Below, one piece after another: positions 1-10,015 of a stretch of 64,000 bases of DNA (positions within the stretch are counted from its first letter, which is position 1; each line of letters begins with the position of its first letter). The DNA comes from an uncultured Gammaproteobacteria bacterium. GTDB lineage: Bacteria; Patescibacteriota; Patescibacteriia; SBBC01; CAIJZX01. The position numbers and the translations under genes were made by a program. A model generated the notes under the pieces. That model was not told the DNA's origin, did not search any database, and worked only from the letters and a program-made list of their open reading frames with translations. The stretch is from assembly GCA_964518425.1 (NCBI GenBank), contig CAZFGG010000003.1:9634-73633 (forward strand), in the 5' to 3' direction.

Positions 1-71
1 TTAAAAGCCGCAACGTCATCGGCATCAAGTCCGGGAATACCTTTATCTGTTTTTGGTTTCGCTTTGGGCAT
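1..71 (-). CDS. 5' fragment of an unknown protein running off the left edge (MPKAKPKTDKGIPGLDADDVAAF...)
   Basis: ATG at 71, 10 nt after the recO stop; frame stays open to the window edge. Confidence 0.5.
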   Translation of the reverse strand, partial: MPKAKPKTDKGIPGLDADDVAAF

Positions 72-80
72 ACGACTAGT

Positions 81-836
81 CTACTCCGACGAACGGTGGA
101 CTGGCAACTCAACACGCATGACTGATCGCAAGACCCGTTCACTCCGGAGTGGCTGGTCGATCGTGTGGTGGATCATGGCTTCGATTATTTTGTGAAGGTG
201 GAGGAGCGCTGGCCGTTCCGACTGCGGCCACTGGCCAGTCCGCAGGAAGAGGAGATGATGATCATCGAGCATCAAGGCATCGACCGCCGCTTCACCACGA
301 TGCACAAATCCGTACGCTGGTTCGTAGGCCGCTAGACCTTCCAAGGGGCGGTGACATCGGCCGCAGACGTCCAGACTCGGTCGGAACCCCTCGTGAGCCA
401 AGAAGAGGCTGGCGCGTCGGAGTAAGAGTAGCCAGCGGCGACCGAGTGGCATAACGACTTCACTGGACATCTCCACCAAGCTTTGCCGGACAAGATCGTA
501 CAGTCCGGCGGTCGGTTGGGCTGGCTTGGTCATGACATCAACTAACTCGAGTAGCCACTGACTACTGACCGAAGCCACGAGGTCATCGTGGAGGACCGGA
601 AAGCGGTCAATGATGACGCTGCCGATGACCTGCTCAACCACGCGGCCGTCGGCCAGGCTGAGATCAACTTCTGTCATTGGCTCAAGCGAGCCAGCGAGCT
701 TCGAGGTGCTCTTCTTTGTCCCCCGGGCACGCACTCGTAATTGCCCGTGCTGTGGCGTCAGGACAGTTAATAATCGGTCGTGTTCACGATCGGTTGAGTG
801 ACGGAGAATAATGGCTTTGGTATGGATGACAGCCAT
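81..836 (-). CDS. recO: DNA repair protein RecO
   Basis: N-terminal OB fold (KAIILR...DRLLTVLT..HG...ARG.KK..SKL), C-terminal CGRC remnant; start MAVIH just after the ileS stop. Confidence 0.9.
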   Translation of the reverse strand: MAVIHTKAIILRHSTDREHDRLLTVLTPQHGQLRVRARGTKKSTSKLAGSLEPMTEVDLSLADGRVVEQVIGSVIIDRFPVLHDDLVASVSSQWLLELVDVMTKPAQPTAGLYDLVRQSLVEMSSEVVMPLGRRWLLLLRRASLFLAHEGFRPSLDVCGRCHRPLEGLAAYEPAYGFVHRGEAAVDALMLDDHHLLFLRTGQWPQSERPALLHLHKIIEAMIHHTIDQPLRSERVLRSVMRVELPVHRSSE

Positions 837-840
837 CGAG

Positions 841-3800
841 TTACGAGAGTCCAATCGTTACTGGTCCATCAATATCGATCTGTGCTGTTTGCGTCGCCCC
901 GTCCACCGACGGCGTCACGGCTTTCGCCCGGACATCGCGTAAGAACGTTTGCGCGTAGACCTCAATGACCTTGGCGGCCATCGTCTTCGGTTCAACATGA
1001 GCGATAATCTCATCGGTCGGTTTCAGTCCGGCTGTTTTCCGCAAGGCGTTGAACTCGCGGATGAGATCGCGGAGCATACCTTCGGCCTTGAGTTCATCGG
1101 TAATGGTTGTATCAAGCGCCACATCCTCCCCCACTGCCCATTCATTTCCCGTCGGAAGTTTTTCAGTTAAGTGGATTTCTTTAACATTCAGCTCATCACG
1201 GATCACCGCATCCAGGTCTGGGCGGAGCTGTTCGGTCGTAACGACTTGCTGTAGTGGTTGGCGGACTTTCAACCCAGCTTTGGCTCGTAAACTATGTCCT
1301 TGTTCCACGACCCGACGGGCCAGGGCCATGTCGGCAACCAACCGTTCATGCATCTCCCCCACTTTGGGCCAATCTTCGAGATGGACCGATTCCATTTCAC
1401 CACCAACCAGGTGATACACATGGTCGGCGAGGAACGGCGTAAACGGCGCCATGAGTTTTGAGAGCTTCAAGAGTACGTGCTGCAGCATGGCGCTGGCCAA
1501 CGGCGCTTGGTCGCCCTTGAACCGATCGCGCGACCGCCGAACATACCACGTCGATAAATCAGTCACAAAGGCTCCGATGGCCCGGGCCGCACCAGTGATA
1601 TCATAGTGCTCAAGTCGTTCGGTCACGTCTTTTGTCAGCATGTTGACCATCGAGTGAATCCAACGGTCGAGTGGGTGCGTCGCCTGTTCCGGATCGGTGG
1701 TTGGACCTTGGTACAGTTGCCAGAAGCTGACGACGTTCATCAAGATGAGAAAAGTTTTTTTTACACCGTCATCAACAATTTTCGTGTCGAAATTTTTTGG
1801 ATCCCAGGGCTGATTCGTGGTGTACATGAACCAGCGCAAAGCGTCAGCCCCATGCTTGTCGAAGAGCTCATTCAAATCACCATAATTCTTGAGCGACTTC
1901 GATAGTTTGCGTCCTTTGGCATCGTTGAGGTGTCCGAGGACAACTACGTTTTCGTATGAGGCGTGCTTGACGACCTTGGACTTCTGCAGGAGCGTGCTGA
2001 TCGCTAAGAGCGTGTAGAACCAGCCACGCGTTTGGTCAATCGCTTCGGAAATATAGTTGGCCGGATAGGCTTTGCCCGCATCAATACTTTCCTTGTTCTC
2101 GAATGGATAATGGTATTGCGCGAACGGCATAGCACCCGAATCGAACCAAGCGTCCCCGACTTCCGGGATCCGTTTCATGGTCCCCTGGTGACATTTCTGA
2201 CAAAGCCATGTCACACCGTCAATATACGGCCGATGCGGATCAAAACTGCCGTCGAGTTGCAGCAGACCACCATGGAATTTCAGTTCTTCTGGTTGCCCAT
2301 ACGGCACGTCTTCGAACCGCGTGAGCGTCGGAATTGATTGAAGTGATGTCGCCCATTTTGTCACGAGGATCGGGTCAGCGTGCGTAACAATAACGAATGT
2401 CTTGCCTTCATGGTGAGTATCGAGATCAGACAAGAAACTGATCATCCGTCGGCGAATATCTTTCCACGTTTCTCCACCCGGCGGCGCATCGTCTAAACGC
2501 TTGGCGCGATCACCAAATTTCTCATGAAACTCTTCGATCGTTTTTTCTTCGTAGGCCGGGCCGATGTGGTATTCGTTGATGGCTGTTTCTTCAGTGACGG
2601 ACAGGCCAAGTACTTCCGCATAGATTTCAGCCGTCTCTTTGGCGCGCAAGAATTGTGAAGAGTAGAGCCCATCAACTGATTCTTTTTTCAGTTTTTCAGC
2701 ACCAGCCTTGGCTTCCGCCCGACCTGTGTCAGTCAACGGATATTTCTGGGTATTCGTCAATTCGGTATTCAGCTTGTGTTCAAGATTGAGATTCGACTCT
2801 CCATGCCGGACAAAGAAATACCTGTTGCGTGTCGGCAAATGATCCAATAACTCTTGGTATGAGCCAAGACATTCTTGATGGGCACAATCCTGATTATCAC
2901 ACTGCCAAATCGGCAGCGGTGTCCCCCAATACCGTTCACGCGAAATCGCCCAGTCTTTGACTTCGCGCAGCCATTCGCCAAACCGACCTTCTTTAATGTG
3001 ATTCGGGTACCATTTGATGCTCTCGTTATTCTTGATCAGATCATCACGAAGTTTCGACATCATGATGAACCACGTCATTTTGGCGTAGTACAACAATGGA
3101 TGTTTACACCGCCAGCAAAACGGGTAATCGTGTTTGTACTTCTCAACCTTATACAATTTCCCGTGTTCTTGTAGCCAAGCGATAATTTTTTGTTGCGTCT
3201 CCCCTGCTGGGTCTTTGACTTCTAATCCAGCCCAGGGTTTCACTAAATCATTAAACTTACCAGTAAGGTCGACCGTATGAACTTTCGGCAAGTCGAGTCG
3301 CTGGCCAAGCTTGAAGTCGTCTTCACCATACATCACAGCCGTGTGGACGATGCCTGTGCCGTCTTCGGTCGTGACGAAGTCTGCCTCGGCAATGTAATAG
3401 GCTTTCTTACCTGACTCTTTCGATAAATCAACGAAGTCGAAAAGTGGCCTGTATGCTTGCCCGAGAATTTTTTTGCCCGGAAAACTTTCGACAATTTCAT
3501 GATCACCATTAAGTTTGTGAAGCAACGCTTTGGCAATAATCACGAACTCATCTCCTGACTTAACTTTGATGTATTCAATATTCGGATCAATCGCTAAGGC
3601 GACATTCCCCGGTAATGTCCACGGTGTCGTTGTCCAGGCCAGAACAAAAGTTCCTGGTTCATCGATCAGTTCAAATTTGACGTAGACAGAATCTTCTTCA
3701 ATGTTCTGATATCCTTGCGCCACCTCGTGACTCGACAAGGCCGTGCCGCAGCGCGGACAATACGGCACCACCTTGTAATCCTGTTCCAGTAATTTCTTAT

Positions 3801-4287
3801 CCCAAATCTGCTTGTAGATCCACCACAAGCTCTCAATGTATTCCGGCTGGTAGGTAATGTAGGGATGGTCCGTGTCCAGCCAAAAACCAACGCGCTCAGT
3901 CATCTTTTCCCACAAGTCCTTATACTTCCATACGGATTCTTTGGCCTTGGCGTTGAATTTCTCGATCCCGTACTTCTCGATATCTTTCTTGCCGGAAATG
4001 CCTAAATCTTTTTCGACCTCTAATTCAACGGGCAACCCTTGGGTGTCCCAACCGGCTTTCCGTTCAACGTGAAATCCCTGCATGGTTTTGAACCGCGGGA
4101 TAATGTCCTTGAAGGCCCGGGTTTCAACGTGACCAATGTGCGGAATACCGTTGGCTGTCGGCGGTCCGTCATAAAACACAAAGTTGCCCTGGGGTGAGGA
4201 CTTGGCTAAGGTTTTCTTGAAAATGTCCTTAGCGGCCCAGTCCTTCAGGATCTCTTCTTCGAGTTCGGGGAATTTGGGGATGGGCAT
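841..4287 (-). CDS. ileS: Isoleucyl-tRNA synthetase (type 2-like) with an inserted histidine-phosphatase domain
   Basis: DGPPTANG.PHIGH, WTTTPWTLP, DWAISRERYWG, DQTRGWF, KLSKS; RHGE domain at about 2270-2830; start shares TAATG with the upstream stop. Confidence 0.95.
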   Translation of the reverse strand: MPIPKFPELEEEILKDWAAKDIFKKTLAKSSPQGNFVFYDGPPTANGIPHIGHVETRAFKDIIPRFKTMQGFHVERKAGWDTQGLPVELEVEKDLGISGKKDIEKYGIEKFNAKAKESVWKYKDLWEKMTERVGFWLDTDHPYITYQPEYIESLWWIYKQIWDKKLLEQDYKVVPYCPRCGTALSSHEVAQGYQNIEEDSVYVKFELIDEPGTFVLAWTTTPWTLPGNVALAIDPNIEYIKVKSGDEFVIIAKALLHKLNGDHEIVESFPGKKILGQAYRPLFDFVDLSKESGKKAYYIAEADFVTTEDGTGIVHTAVMYGEDDFKLGQRLDLPKVHTVDLTGKFNDLVKPWAGLEVKDPAGETQQKIIAWLQEHGKLYKVEKYKHDYPFCWRCKHPLLYYAKMTWFIMMSKLRDDLIKNNESIKWYPNHIKEGRFGEWLREVKDWAISRERYWGTPLPIWQCDNQDCAHQECLGSYQELLDHLPTRNRYFFVRHGESNLNLEHKLNTELTNTQKYPLTDTGRAEAKAGAEKLKKESVDGLYSSQFLRAKETAEIYAEVLGLSVTEETAINEYHIGPAYEEKTIEEFHEKFGDRAKRLDDAPPGGETWKDIRRRMISFLSDLDTHHEGKTFVIVTHADPILVTKWATSLQSIPTLTRFEDVPYGQPEELKFHGGLLQLDGSFDPHRPYIDGVTWLCQKCHQGTMKRIPEVGDAWFDSGAMPFAQYHYPFENKESIDAGKAYPANYISEAIDQTRGWFYTLLAISTLLQKSKVVKHASYENVVVLGHLNDAKGRKLSKSLKNYGDLNELFDKHGADALRWFMYTTNQPWDPKNFDTKIVDDGVKKTFLILMNVVSFWQLYQGPTTDPEQATHPLDRWIHSMVNMLTKDVTERLEHYDITGAARAIGAFVTDLSTWYVRRSRDRFKGDQAPLASAMLQHVLLKLSKLMAPFTPFLADHVYHLVGGEMESVHLEDWPKVGEMHERLVADMALARRVVEQGHSLRAKAGLKVRQPLQQVVTTEQLRPDLDAVIRDELNVKEIHLTEKLPTGNEWAVGEDVALDTTITDELKAEGMLRDLIREFNALRKTAGLKPTDEIIAHVEPKTMAAKVIEVYAQTFLRDVRAKAVTPSVDGATQTAQIDIDGPVTIGLS

Positions 4288-4628
4288 TAGGGCAATCGAT
4301 GAACGGTACTGATGGCGATGATTAGCCAAAGAGCGATCAGGCCAAGGAAAAATTTACCTATATTTCGGACTCGAGAACCCATCTTGGCAAATAACGATGT
4401 GATCAGAAAAATGGCGGCAATAACAGCCATGCTGGGGAAAATGAGGAAGGGCGACGTCCACGAGTCAAAAAAAATACTTTTCACGCCAGGCCGGTCAGCG
4501 ACTTGGGAAAAAGTTAGCTGGGCCACGACGACGGCCAGCATGAGCAGTACAGTCCATTTCCATCGTTCAACCGAAATGGCCCTTGTATTGTGCTTACCTT
4601 CTAGTTCTTTTTGAAGTGATGGTTCCAT
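4287..4628 (-). CDS. Hypothetical membrane protein (about 3 TM)
   Basis: Hydrophobic segments; TAATG overlap with ileS. Confidence 0.65.
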   Translation of the reverse strand: MEPSLQKELEGKHNTRAISVERWKWTVLLMLAVVVAQLTFSQVADRPGVKSIFFDSWTSPFLIFPSMAVIAAIFLITSLFAKMGSRVRNIGKFFLGLIALWLIIAISTVHRLP

Positions 4629-4770
4629 AAAAAATCAGCTTGTTGGCTGCTGTAGAATGGCGGGATAGGCGTGGTCATAAGATCGCGATATATCAGATCG
4701 CCAAACCAGTATATCGCACTCCGTGCCAAAGGTAAAGAAAAGCCCGACCATTATCGATCGGGCTCCGTAG

Positions 4771-5364
4771 TTAGCAGGGACTGGTTTTCCAGCCATTGCG
4801 ATGAGCCCAGCGAGATAGGGCCTGGTGAACGATGAAGTAGACAATGAGCAAGAAGAGGACTGCCAACCAACGGCCGGGAATGAAGTTCGTCATGAACCAT
4901 GTCGGACAGACGACCCAGGTCAGAACGAACCCGCCAGCGACGGCATCGAACTGGTCCCAGAAACGCCAGGGGTGGCCGCGCTCCCACCCGCCTCGGCGCT
5001 TGGCAAATGATTTGACCAAGTCACCGAGCAGCGCTCCAGCGGCCAGGGTCAGCATTGGCAGCCATCCGTCGAGGGGACCATCGATCCAGATATCACTGAG
5101 TGCTCTACTCCCAGGTCGAAAGGTCGCCCAACTGAGGAGGTGGGTCAACAGAACGGCAAAGGCTATTCCGTAGACCAGGCCCTGCCAGGTTTTTCCGTCA
5201 CCGAAGATGCGACGTCCGTCGAACCAGAGTCGCCTCCCATCAATCGGTTGGCCACCTCGACCAACGATGACCGGAAGCATATTCGCGCCAACGAGTGGGA
5301 CAGATAGCCAGAGTACCAGTCCAACGTCTTGAAAGAACACGTCGTGCCTCCGGTCCAAAGCCAA
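4771..5364 (-). CDS. CDP-archaeol synthase-like (CarS/DUF46) cytidylyltransferase
   Basis: ANMLPV, PIDG...DGRRIFGDGKTW.G, GDLVKSFAKRR and DQFD motifs. Confidence 0.85.
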   Translation of the reverse strand: MALDRRHDVFFQDVGLVLWLSVPLVGANMLPVIVGRGGQPIDGRRLWFDGRRIFGDGKTWQGLVYGIAFAVLLTHLLSWATFRPGSRALSDIWIDGPLDGWLPMLTLAAGALLGDLVKSFAKRRGGWERGHPWRFWDQFDAVAGGFVLTWVVCPTWFMTNFIPGRWLAVLFLLIVYFIVHQALSRWAHRNGWKTSPC

Positions 5365-5393
5365 GAAGGATGGAACAGCAACTCAACCGGGCT

Positions 5394-5422
5394 AATCTAA
5401 CGCCCAAGTAACGACTTGTCAA
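5394..5422 (-). promoter_or_regulatory. Sigma70-type promoter for the CarS-like gene
   Basis: TTGACA-17 nt-TAGATT on the minus strand. Confidence 0.55.
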
Positions 5423-5426
5423 TACT

Positions 5427-6572
5427 CTACCGATGCAATGCTCGATAGACTTTTATTGTGCGCCGAGCCGTTTTCTCCCAGGAAAATTGCTTGGCTCGTT
5501 TTTGCCCTTCGACTGATAATCGCTTGGCTATTTTTTCATCTGTCAGAACGGACTTCATGGCTTGGGCTAGCCCCTCAATGTCGTTCGGTTCAACCATCAA
5601 GGTGGCTTTGCCCGCTACTTCCGGAATTGACGCGGTTGAGGTGGTGATAACCGGTACGCCAATTTGCATCGCTTCAAGCACGGGCAGACCGAATCCTTCG
5701 TAGAGGGTTGGGGAAACGAAGGCAGCCGCGTGCTGCATTAAGAGAATTTTATGATTTCGCGAGACGTAGCCAATGTGTTTGACCGTTGAGGACAGGTTCA
5801 TTTTTTTGATCAAGGCTAAGATCGGTTCGCCACTAAAACCAATGCCGCCGGCTAAAACGAGCTGTGTATTTTTCACCGCTTCAGGTCGATGGATGAGCAA
5901 CCGTTTCCACGCTTCGAAGAGTACTTGTAGGTTTTTTCTCGGCTCAATCGTCCCAACGAAGAGGATATACCGTTTCGGAAGCTTGTAAAATTCCCGGACG
6001 TCATGGTCTTTGTCATGAAGATCGAGTAAAGCGGTATCAGCCGCTTCCGGAATGACCGTTATTTTTTTATCGGGGACATTGAAGAAATCTTGAATATCGC
6101 TTTTGGTCGCTTCAGAGACGGCGATAATGTGTTTCGCTCGCTTAATACTTTGCGGTACAAGGAGGCGCGTCGAGAACATTTGCGCTGGGAACCATTCCGG
6201 GTGTTTATAGATCGCTAGGTCGTGGATCGTAATGACGCTCCGCTTAGGGTAGGTCAAGGGAATTGTGTTGGCCGGGCCGTGGAAAAGATTGAGGCGGTGT
6301 TTCAATAAGGCAGCCGACACGAGCATGTGTGAATAAGCGAACGGTAAGAACCGGCTATAGCTCGAGAACGGGAAGAAGGCAATGTCCACATTCGCCTGAA
6401 CGAATTCCTGGGTCGCTTCGCGGGGCATGCGGTAATCGAAAAAGAGAACAAAAGAATTATCCTTGTCATGATCGAGTAGTGTTCGGACCAGGTGGTAGGT
6501 GTAGTGCCCGACGCCAGCTCGCTCCCCGGAATCCGGATTAAGAATAGTGCGGCAATCGATTCCGATTTTCAT
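5427..6572 (-). CDS. Glycosyltransferase family 4 (GT-B)
   Basis: MKIGID, TIHDL, GTIEPRKN, EGFGLPVLEAM. Confidence 0.92.
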   Translation of the reverse strand: MKIGIDCRTILNPDSGERAGVGHYTYHLVRTLLDHDKDNSFVLFFDYRMPREATQEFVQANVDIAFFPFSSYSRFLPFAYSHMLVSAALLKHRLNLFHGPANTIPLTYPKRSVITIHDLAIYKHPEWFPAQMFSTRLLVPQSIKRAKHIIAVSEATKSDIQDFFNVPDKKITVIPEAADTALLDLHDKDHDVREFYKLPKRYILFVGTIEPRKNLQVLFEAWKRLLIHRPEAVKNTQLVLAGGIGFSGEPILALIKKMNLSSTVKHIGYVSRNHKILLMQHAAAFVSPTLYEGFGLPVLEAMQIGVPVITTSTASIPEVAGKATLMVEPNDIEGLAQAMKSVLTDEKIAKRLSVEGQKRAKQFSWEKTARRTIKVYRALHR

Positions 6573-6790
6573 CGGGCCCGCAAACTGGCTACTTCACGAC
6601 GAATTCCATGCCATCCAAAAGCCACGAGCACCAGGCCCACGAAGAGATCAATGATTGGCGAGGCCGCGCGGAGCGTTGGCGCTGCGCCGAGACTGAGCGC
6701 CTGAGCTTGCCAGGCCGTCAGGATCAGCATGAAGAGACCAAACCCAAAGCCGCAACTAGCGGCGATGAATTGGAAATGAAGGTGTTTCAT
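6569..6790 (-). CDS. Small two-TM hypothetical protein
   Basis: SD AAGGAG before ATG 6790; ATGA overlap with the GT4 gene. Confidence 0.65.
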   Translation of the reverse strand: MKHLHFQFIAASCGFGFGLFMLILTAWQAQALSLGAAPTLRAASPIIDLFVGLVLVAFGWHGIRREVASLRAR

Positions 6791-6827
6791 AGTCGATCTC
6801 CTTGTAGACACTATACACTCCTCATAA

Positions 6828-7727
6828 CTAAGCGCCAGTTCTTGAGGTATTCACTAGGGGGACCTCGATACGTCGGTGAACGGCCTCCCCAAACATCGCG
6901 CCTTCGCCGCTCATCCATACTTTTTCCGGCACCGCCTTGTAGATCCGCCGGGGATGCTCGCCGAGATAATTTTGGACATCGCCAGAAGTGGTGTTCTCGC
7001 GACCATAGTAGAAGAGCAAGGCCTGAGCGATTTCCCGCTCATCGGTTACTTCCTGGGCGCCCCCCTGGACATAGACACCCTCACCGGTGCCTTCTGTCGC
7101 CGTTGAATCGTACAGCACAAAAAATATTTTCGGGTTATGACGGATATTTCGGGAGTGTTGACTATCTCGATCCGATACCCAGTAAAAATTATACGCGCCG
7201 TCGTGGGCGGCGTAGACCGGGGAATTCCATGGCTGTTCCATTTCGTCGACCGTCGCGACAGTAATATAAATAACCTTCTCAATAATCTCTTTTGCTTTTT
7301 TTAACAATATGTCACCGCGGGGTACATCGACTAAGCCAGAGCGGCCCTGCACTCCGTCATCCTGACGGTCATCTTGAGAAGTGTAACTGTTCCTCGAGGT
7401 GTCATCGAGAAGTTTAAACTCGACGACCTTGATCATCGTTTCCATCGTCACCCGGTTGCCGTAGAAGTCACGATAGTGCTGGAGCATCTCAGCCATATCA
7501 CGGAACTTTTCGTGGCCAAGAAAATCCGGTTCGCTGATGGCCCCAAGTTGTTTCTCTTTGATATCAACAATTTCCGCTGTCGCGAAAACCTTACCGGTTT
7601 CCCACTCAATGAGTTCAAGGTGGTCGCCGACGGTCAGATTTTTGTCGTCAAATAACCGCCAGGTGACAGTTTTTTGTCCGTTCAGAATAAGTCGGGCCAG
7701 GTTAGTTCTAAACTTCAGCGTTTTCAT
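6828..7727 (-). CDS. ASCH domain fused to a pyridoxamine 5'-phosphate oxidase-like (split-barrel) domain
   Basis: ILNGQKTVTWR (ASCH GxKxxxxR); then ITVATVD..QPWNSPVY...SQHSRNIRHNP. Confidence 0.75.
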   Translation of the reverse strand: MKTLKFRTNLARLILNGQKTVTWRLFDDKNLTVGDHLELIEWETGKVFATAEIVDIKEKQLGAISEPDFLGHEKFRDMAEMLQHYRDFYGNRVTMETMIKVVEFKLLDDTSRNSYTSQDDRQDDGVQGRSGLVDVPRGDILLKKAKEIIEKVIYITVATVDEMEQPWNSPVYAAHDGAYNFYWVSDRDSQHSRNIRHNPKIFFVLYDSTATEGTGEGVYVQGGAQEVTDEREIAQALLFYYGRENTTSGDVQNYLGEHPRRIYKAVPEKVWMSGEGAMFGEAVHRRIEVPLVNTSRTGA

Positions 7728-7735
7728 GGTCACAG

Positions 7736-9361
7736 TTACATTTTTTCCGGCGCCGACACGCCCATGAATCCTAATGTCTGAGCGAGAATACGTTTCGTCG
7801 TGATGACGAGGTCTAATCGGTGTTTCCAGACCTGTTCCTGATCGATCACCCGGCAATTGGTGTAAAATTCATGGAATTTCGTGGCTAGATCAACGGCGTA
7901 AAACGACAGTTTATGGACTTCATAGGTCCGCCCGATTTCTTCCACCAGTCGCGGAAAGTATAGCAGTGATTTCACTAAATTCAACTCCGACGTGTGCGGG
8001 TGTTCTGGGCTGGCGACGACTGGCAGCTTCTTGGTCTTGGCCAGGATACTGGCAATACGGGCGTGGGCATACTGGACATAGTAGACCGGGTTTTTGTCAG
8101 ATTTTTCTTTGGCCAGAGTCAAATCAAAATCCATGTGGGTATTGGCGCTATGCATCAGGAAAAAGAAGCGCGCCACATCGAGGCCGACCTCATCAACGAG
8201 TTCTTCGAGCGCGACGTACGTTCCGGCTCGCTTTGACATTTTCACTTCCTGACCATCTTTCATTAAGCGCACGAGTTGGACGATTTGGGCTTCGAGTTTA
8301 TGGGCAAAACCTAAGGCGGCCATGGCCGCTGTTAAGCGCGGGACATATCCGTGATGATCGGCGCCTAAAAAAATAATTTCACGGCTGACACCCCGTTCGA
8401 CGAAGCGATTATACCGTAACGCGATGTCCGATAAGAAGTAGGTTTTCTCGCCATCCGCTTTGATCAGCACACGATCCTTGTCGTCACCGAAGGCCGTCGT
8501 CCGAAACCAGATCGCCTTATCTTTCTCGTAGACTAAGTCATGATTACGGAGGAGTTGTAATACTTTCTGATCGAGCTTTTTGGCTTGCAACGTGCTTTCC
8601 CGGAACCAGGTATTGAACTTTACGCCGAGCTTCTTCGTCACGACGCGTTGCAGCTCGGCAATCATCAGGTTGAGGACGCGGCCTTTAATTTTTTCCCGCA
8701 AGGCCGCAACGTTACCAACCTTGTACATGTGGAGCTTCAATTTTTTGGCCAATTCACCGACATAGTCGCCCTGGTACAGGTTCTCCGGATAGTCCGTGGC
8801 AACCCCTTGTTGTTGCCAGTATCGTCGCAACACTGACTCAGCTAAAATGTTGACCTGATTGCCGACGTCATTCAAATAGTATTCTCGCCAAACCTTCCAG
8901 CCGTTCATGGCTAGAATATTCGATAGCGTGTCACCGGCGAAGGCACCACGACCATTTCCCAGGGTCATCGGGCCAGTTGGGTTAGCGGAAATGAATTCTA
9001 CCAGGACTTTTTTTTCTCCGCCGATTGTTGATCGGCCAAATTTCTTGTCAGCCAATATTTCTTTGACTTGTTTCATCAACCAGCTCGCCTTGAGCGTGAA
9101 GTTGATAAACCCCGGTCCGGCCATTTCTGCTTTCTCGAGTGTCGGGGCAAGATTCCCCAACTGGGCGATCAGATGCTGGGCCACATCACGCGGTTGTTCA
9201 TTGAGCTGCTTAGCGATTTTCAAGGCGACGGTTGAGGTGTAGTCGCCAAATTTCGGCTCGCTCGTCGGTTCAATCGGAATCTCAACCTCACCCGCCTTGG
9301 GGTAGGCCTTGGTGATGGCACGTTGGAGAAGTTTCCGGAGGTGCTGGTCAGGCAGGGTCAT
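7736..9361 (-). CDS. argS: Arginyl-tRNA synthetase
   Basis: VEFISANPTGP, GADHHGY, KMSKRAG, YVQYAHARI. Confidence 0.96.
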   Translation of the reverse strand: MTLPDQHLRKLLQRAITKAYPKAGEVEIPIEPTSEPKFGDYTSTVALKIAKQLNEQPRDVAQHLIAQLGNLAPTLEKAEMAGPGFINFTLKASWLMKQVKEILADKKFGRSTIGGEKKVLVEFISANPTGPMTLGNGRGAFAGDTLSNILAMNGWKVWREYYLNDVGNQVNILAESVLRRYWQQQGVATDYPENLYQGDYVGELAKKLKLHMYKVGNVAALREKIKGRVLNLMIAELQRVVTKKLGVKFNTWFRESTLQAKKLDQKVLQLLRNHDLVYEKDKAIWFRTTAFGDDKDRVLIKADGEKTYFLSDIALRYNRFVERGVSREIIFLGADHHGYVPRLTAAMAALGFAHKLEAQIVQLVRLMKDGQEVKMSKRAGTYVALEELVDEVGLDVARFFFLMHSANTHMDFDLTLAKEKSDKNPVYYVQYAHARIASILAKTKKLPVVASPEHPHTSELNLVKSLLYFPRLVEEIGRTYEVHKLSFYAVDLATKFHEFYTNCRVIDQEQVWKHRLDLVITTKRILAQTLGFMGVSAPEKM

Positions 9362-9404
9362 GAAAGAAGTATACACAAAAAAACCCTTGCCGTCCGCCGC
9401 TTAC

Positions 9405-9540
9405 GGTTCGACGCCACCGCCCTCGGCAGACTATGGTCAGTGTCCCGCGCTGTCATCCCGAGCCCGTGCCGAAGGCGCGGGCAAGATTTGCCGCCAGGCA
9501 AAGATTGGCGTCGAGGGAACAGCGCGGGGCTCACCATGAC
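9405..9540. repeat. Nested REP/MITE-like palindromic element
   Basis: GGTTCGAC...GCTCACCATGAC scaffold shared with 25318-25374; internal inverted repeat CCCGCGCTGT/ACAGCGCGGG enclosing further hairpins. Confidence 0.65.
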
Positions 9541-9568
9541 AAGAATAAGACTATGCTACACTTTCCCC

Positions 9569-10015
9569 ATGCCCTCCTACGCCACGAACCGCGACGCCCA
9601 CCACGACTACACCGTTCTCGAAAAAATCGAGGCCGGTATTTCGTTGACCGGACCGGAAGTAAAATCTATTAAGGGCGGCAATCTCAGCCTGAAAGGAAGT
9701 TACGCTACCGTCACTCACAACGAACTCTGGTTGATCAACGCCCATATTGGGTTGTACAAACCCGCGGCTAGCGTTAAACAAGAACCGACGCGCTCACGCC
9801 GCCTCCTGGTCCGCCGCGCGGAGATCGATCGCCTGATCGGCAAAATGCACAGCGCCGGTTTAACCTTGGTACCGCTATCGGTCTATAGCAAGAACGGCTT
9901 AGTTAAAGTTGAGCTGGGCCTGGCTCGCGGAAAAAAAGCCTACGATAAACGGCAGAGTATCAAGAAACGGGAAGTTGAGCGGAAGATCAAACGAGCGATG
10001 AGGGTGAAGGCATGA
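9569..10015 (+). CDS. smpB: SsrA-binding protein SmpB
   Basis: NRDAHHDY, EAGISLTGPEVKSIK, GKKAYDKR. Confidence 0.96.
   Translation: MPSYATNRDAHHDYTVLEKIEAGISLTGPEVKSIKGGNLSLKGSYATVTHNELWLINAHIGLYKPAASVKQEPTRSRRLLVRRAEIDRLIGKMHSAGLTLVPLSVYSKNGLVKVELGLARGKKAYDKRQSIKKREVERKIKRAMRVKA

Noticed and set aside
9323-9568. N-terminal extension of SmpB
   Set aside because: Overlaps the argS start and the palindromic element; homology and a -10 box point to ATG 9569
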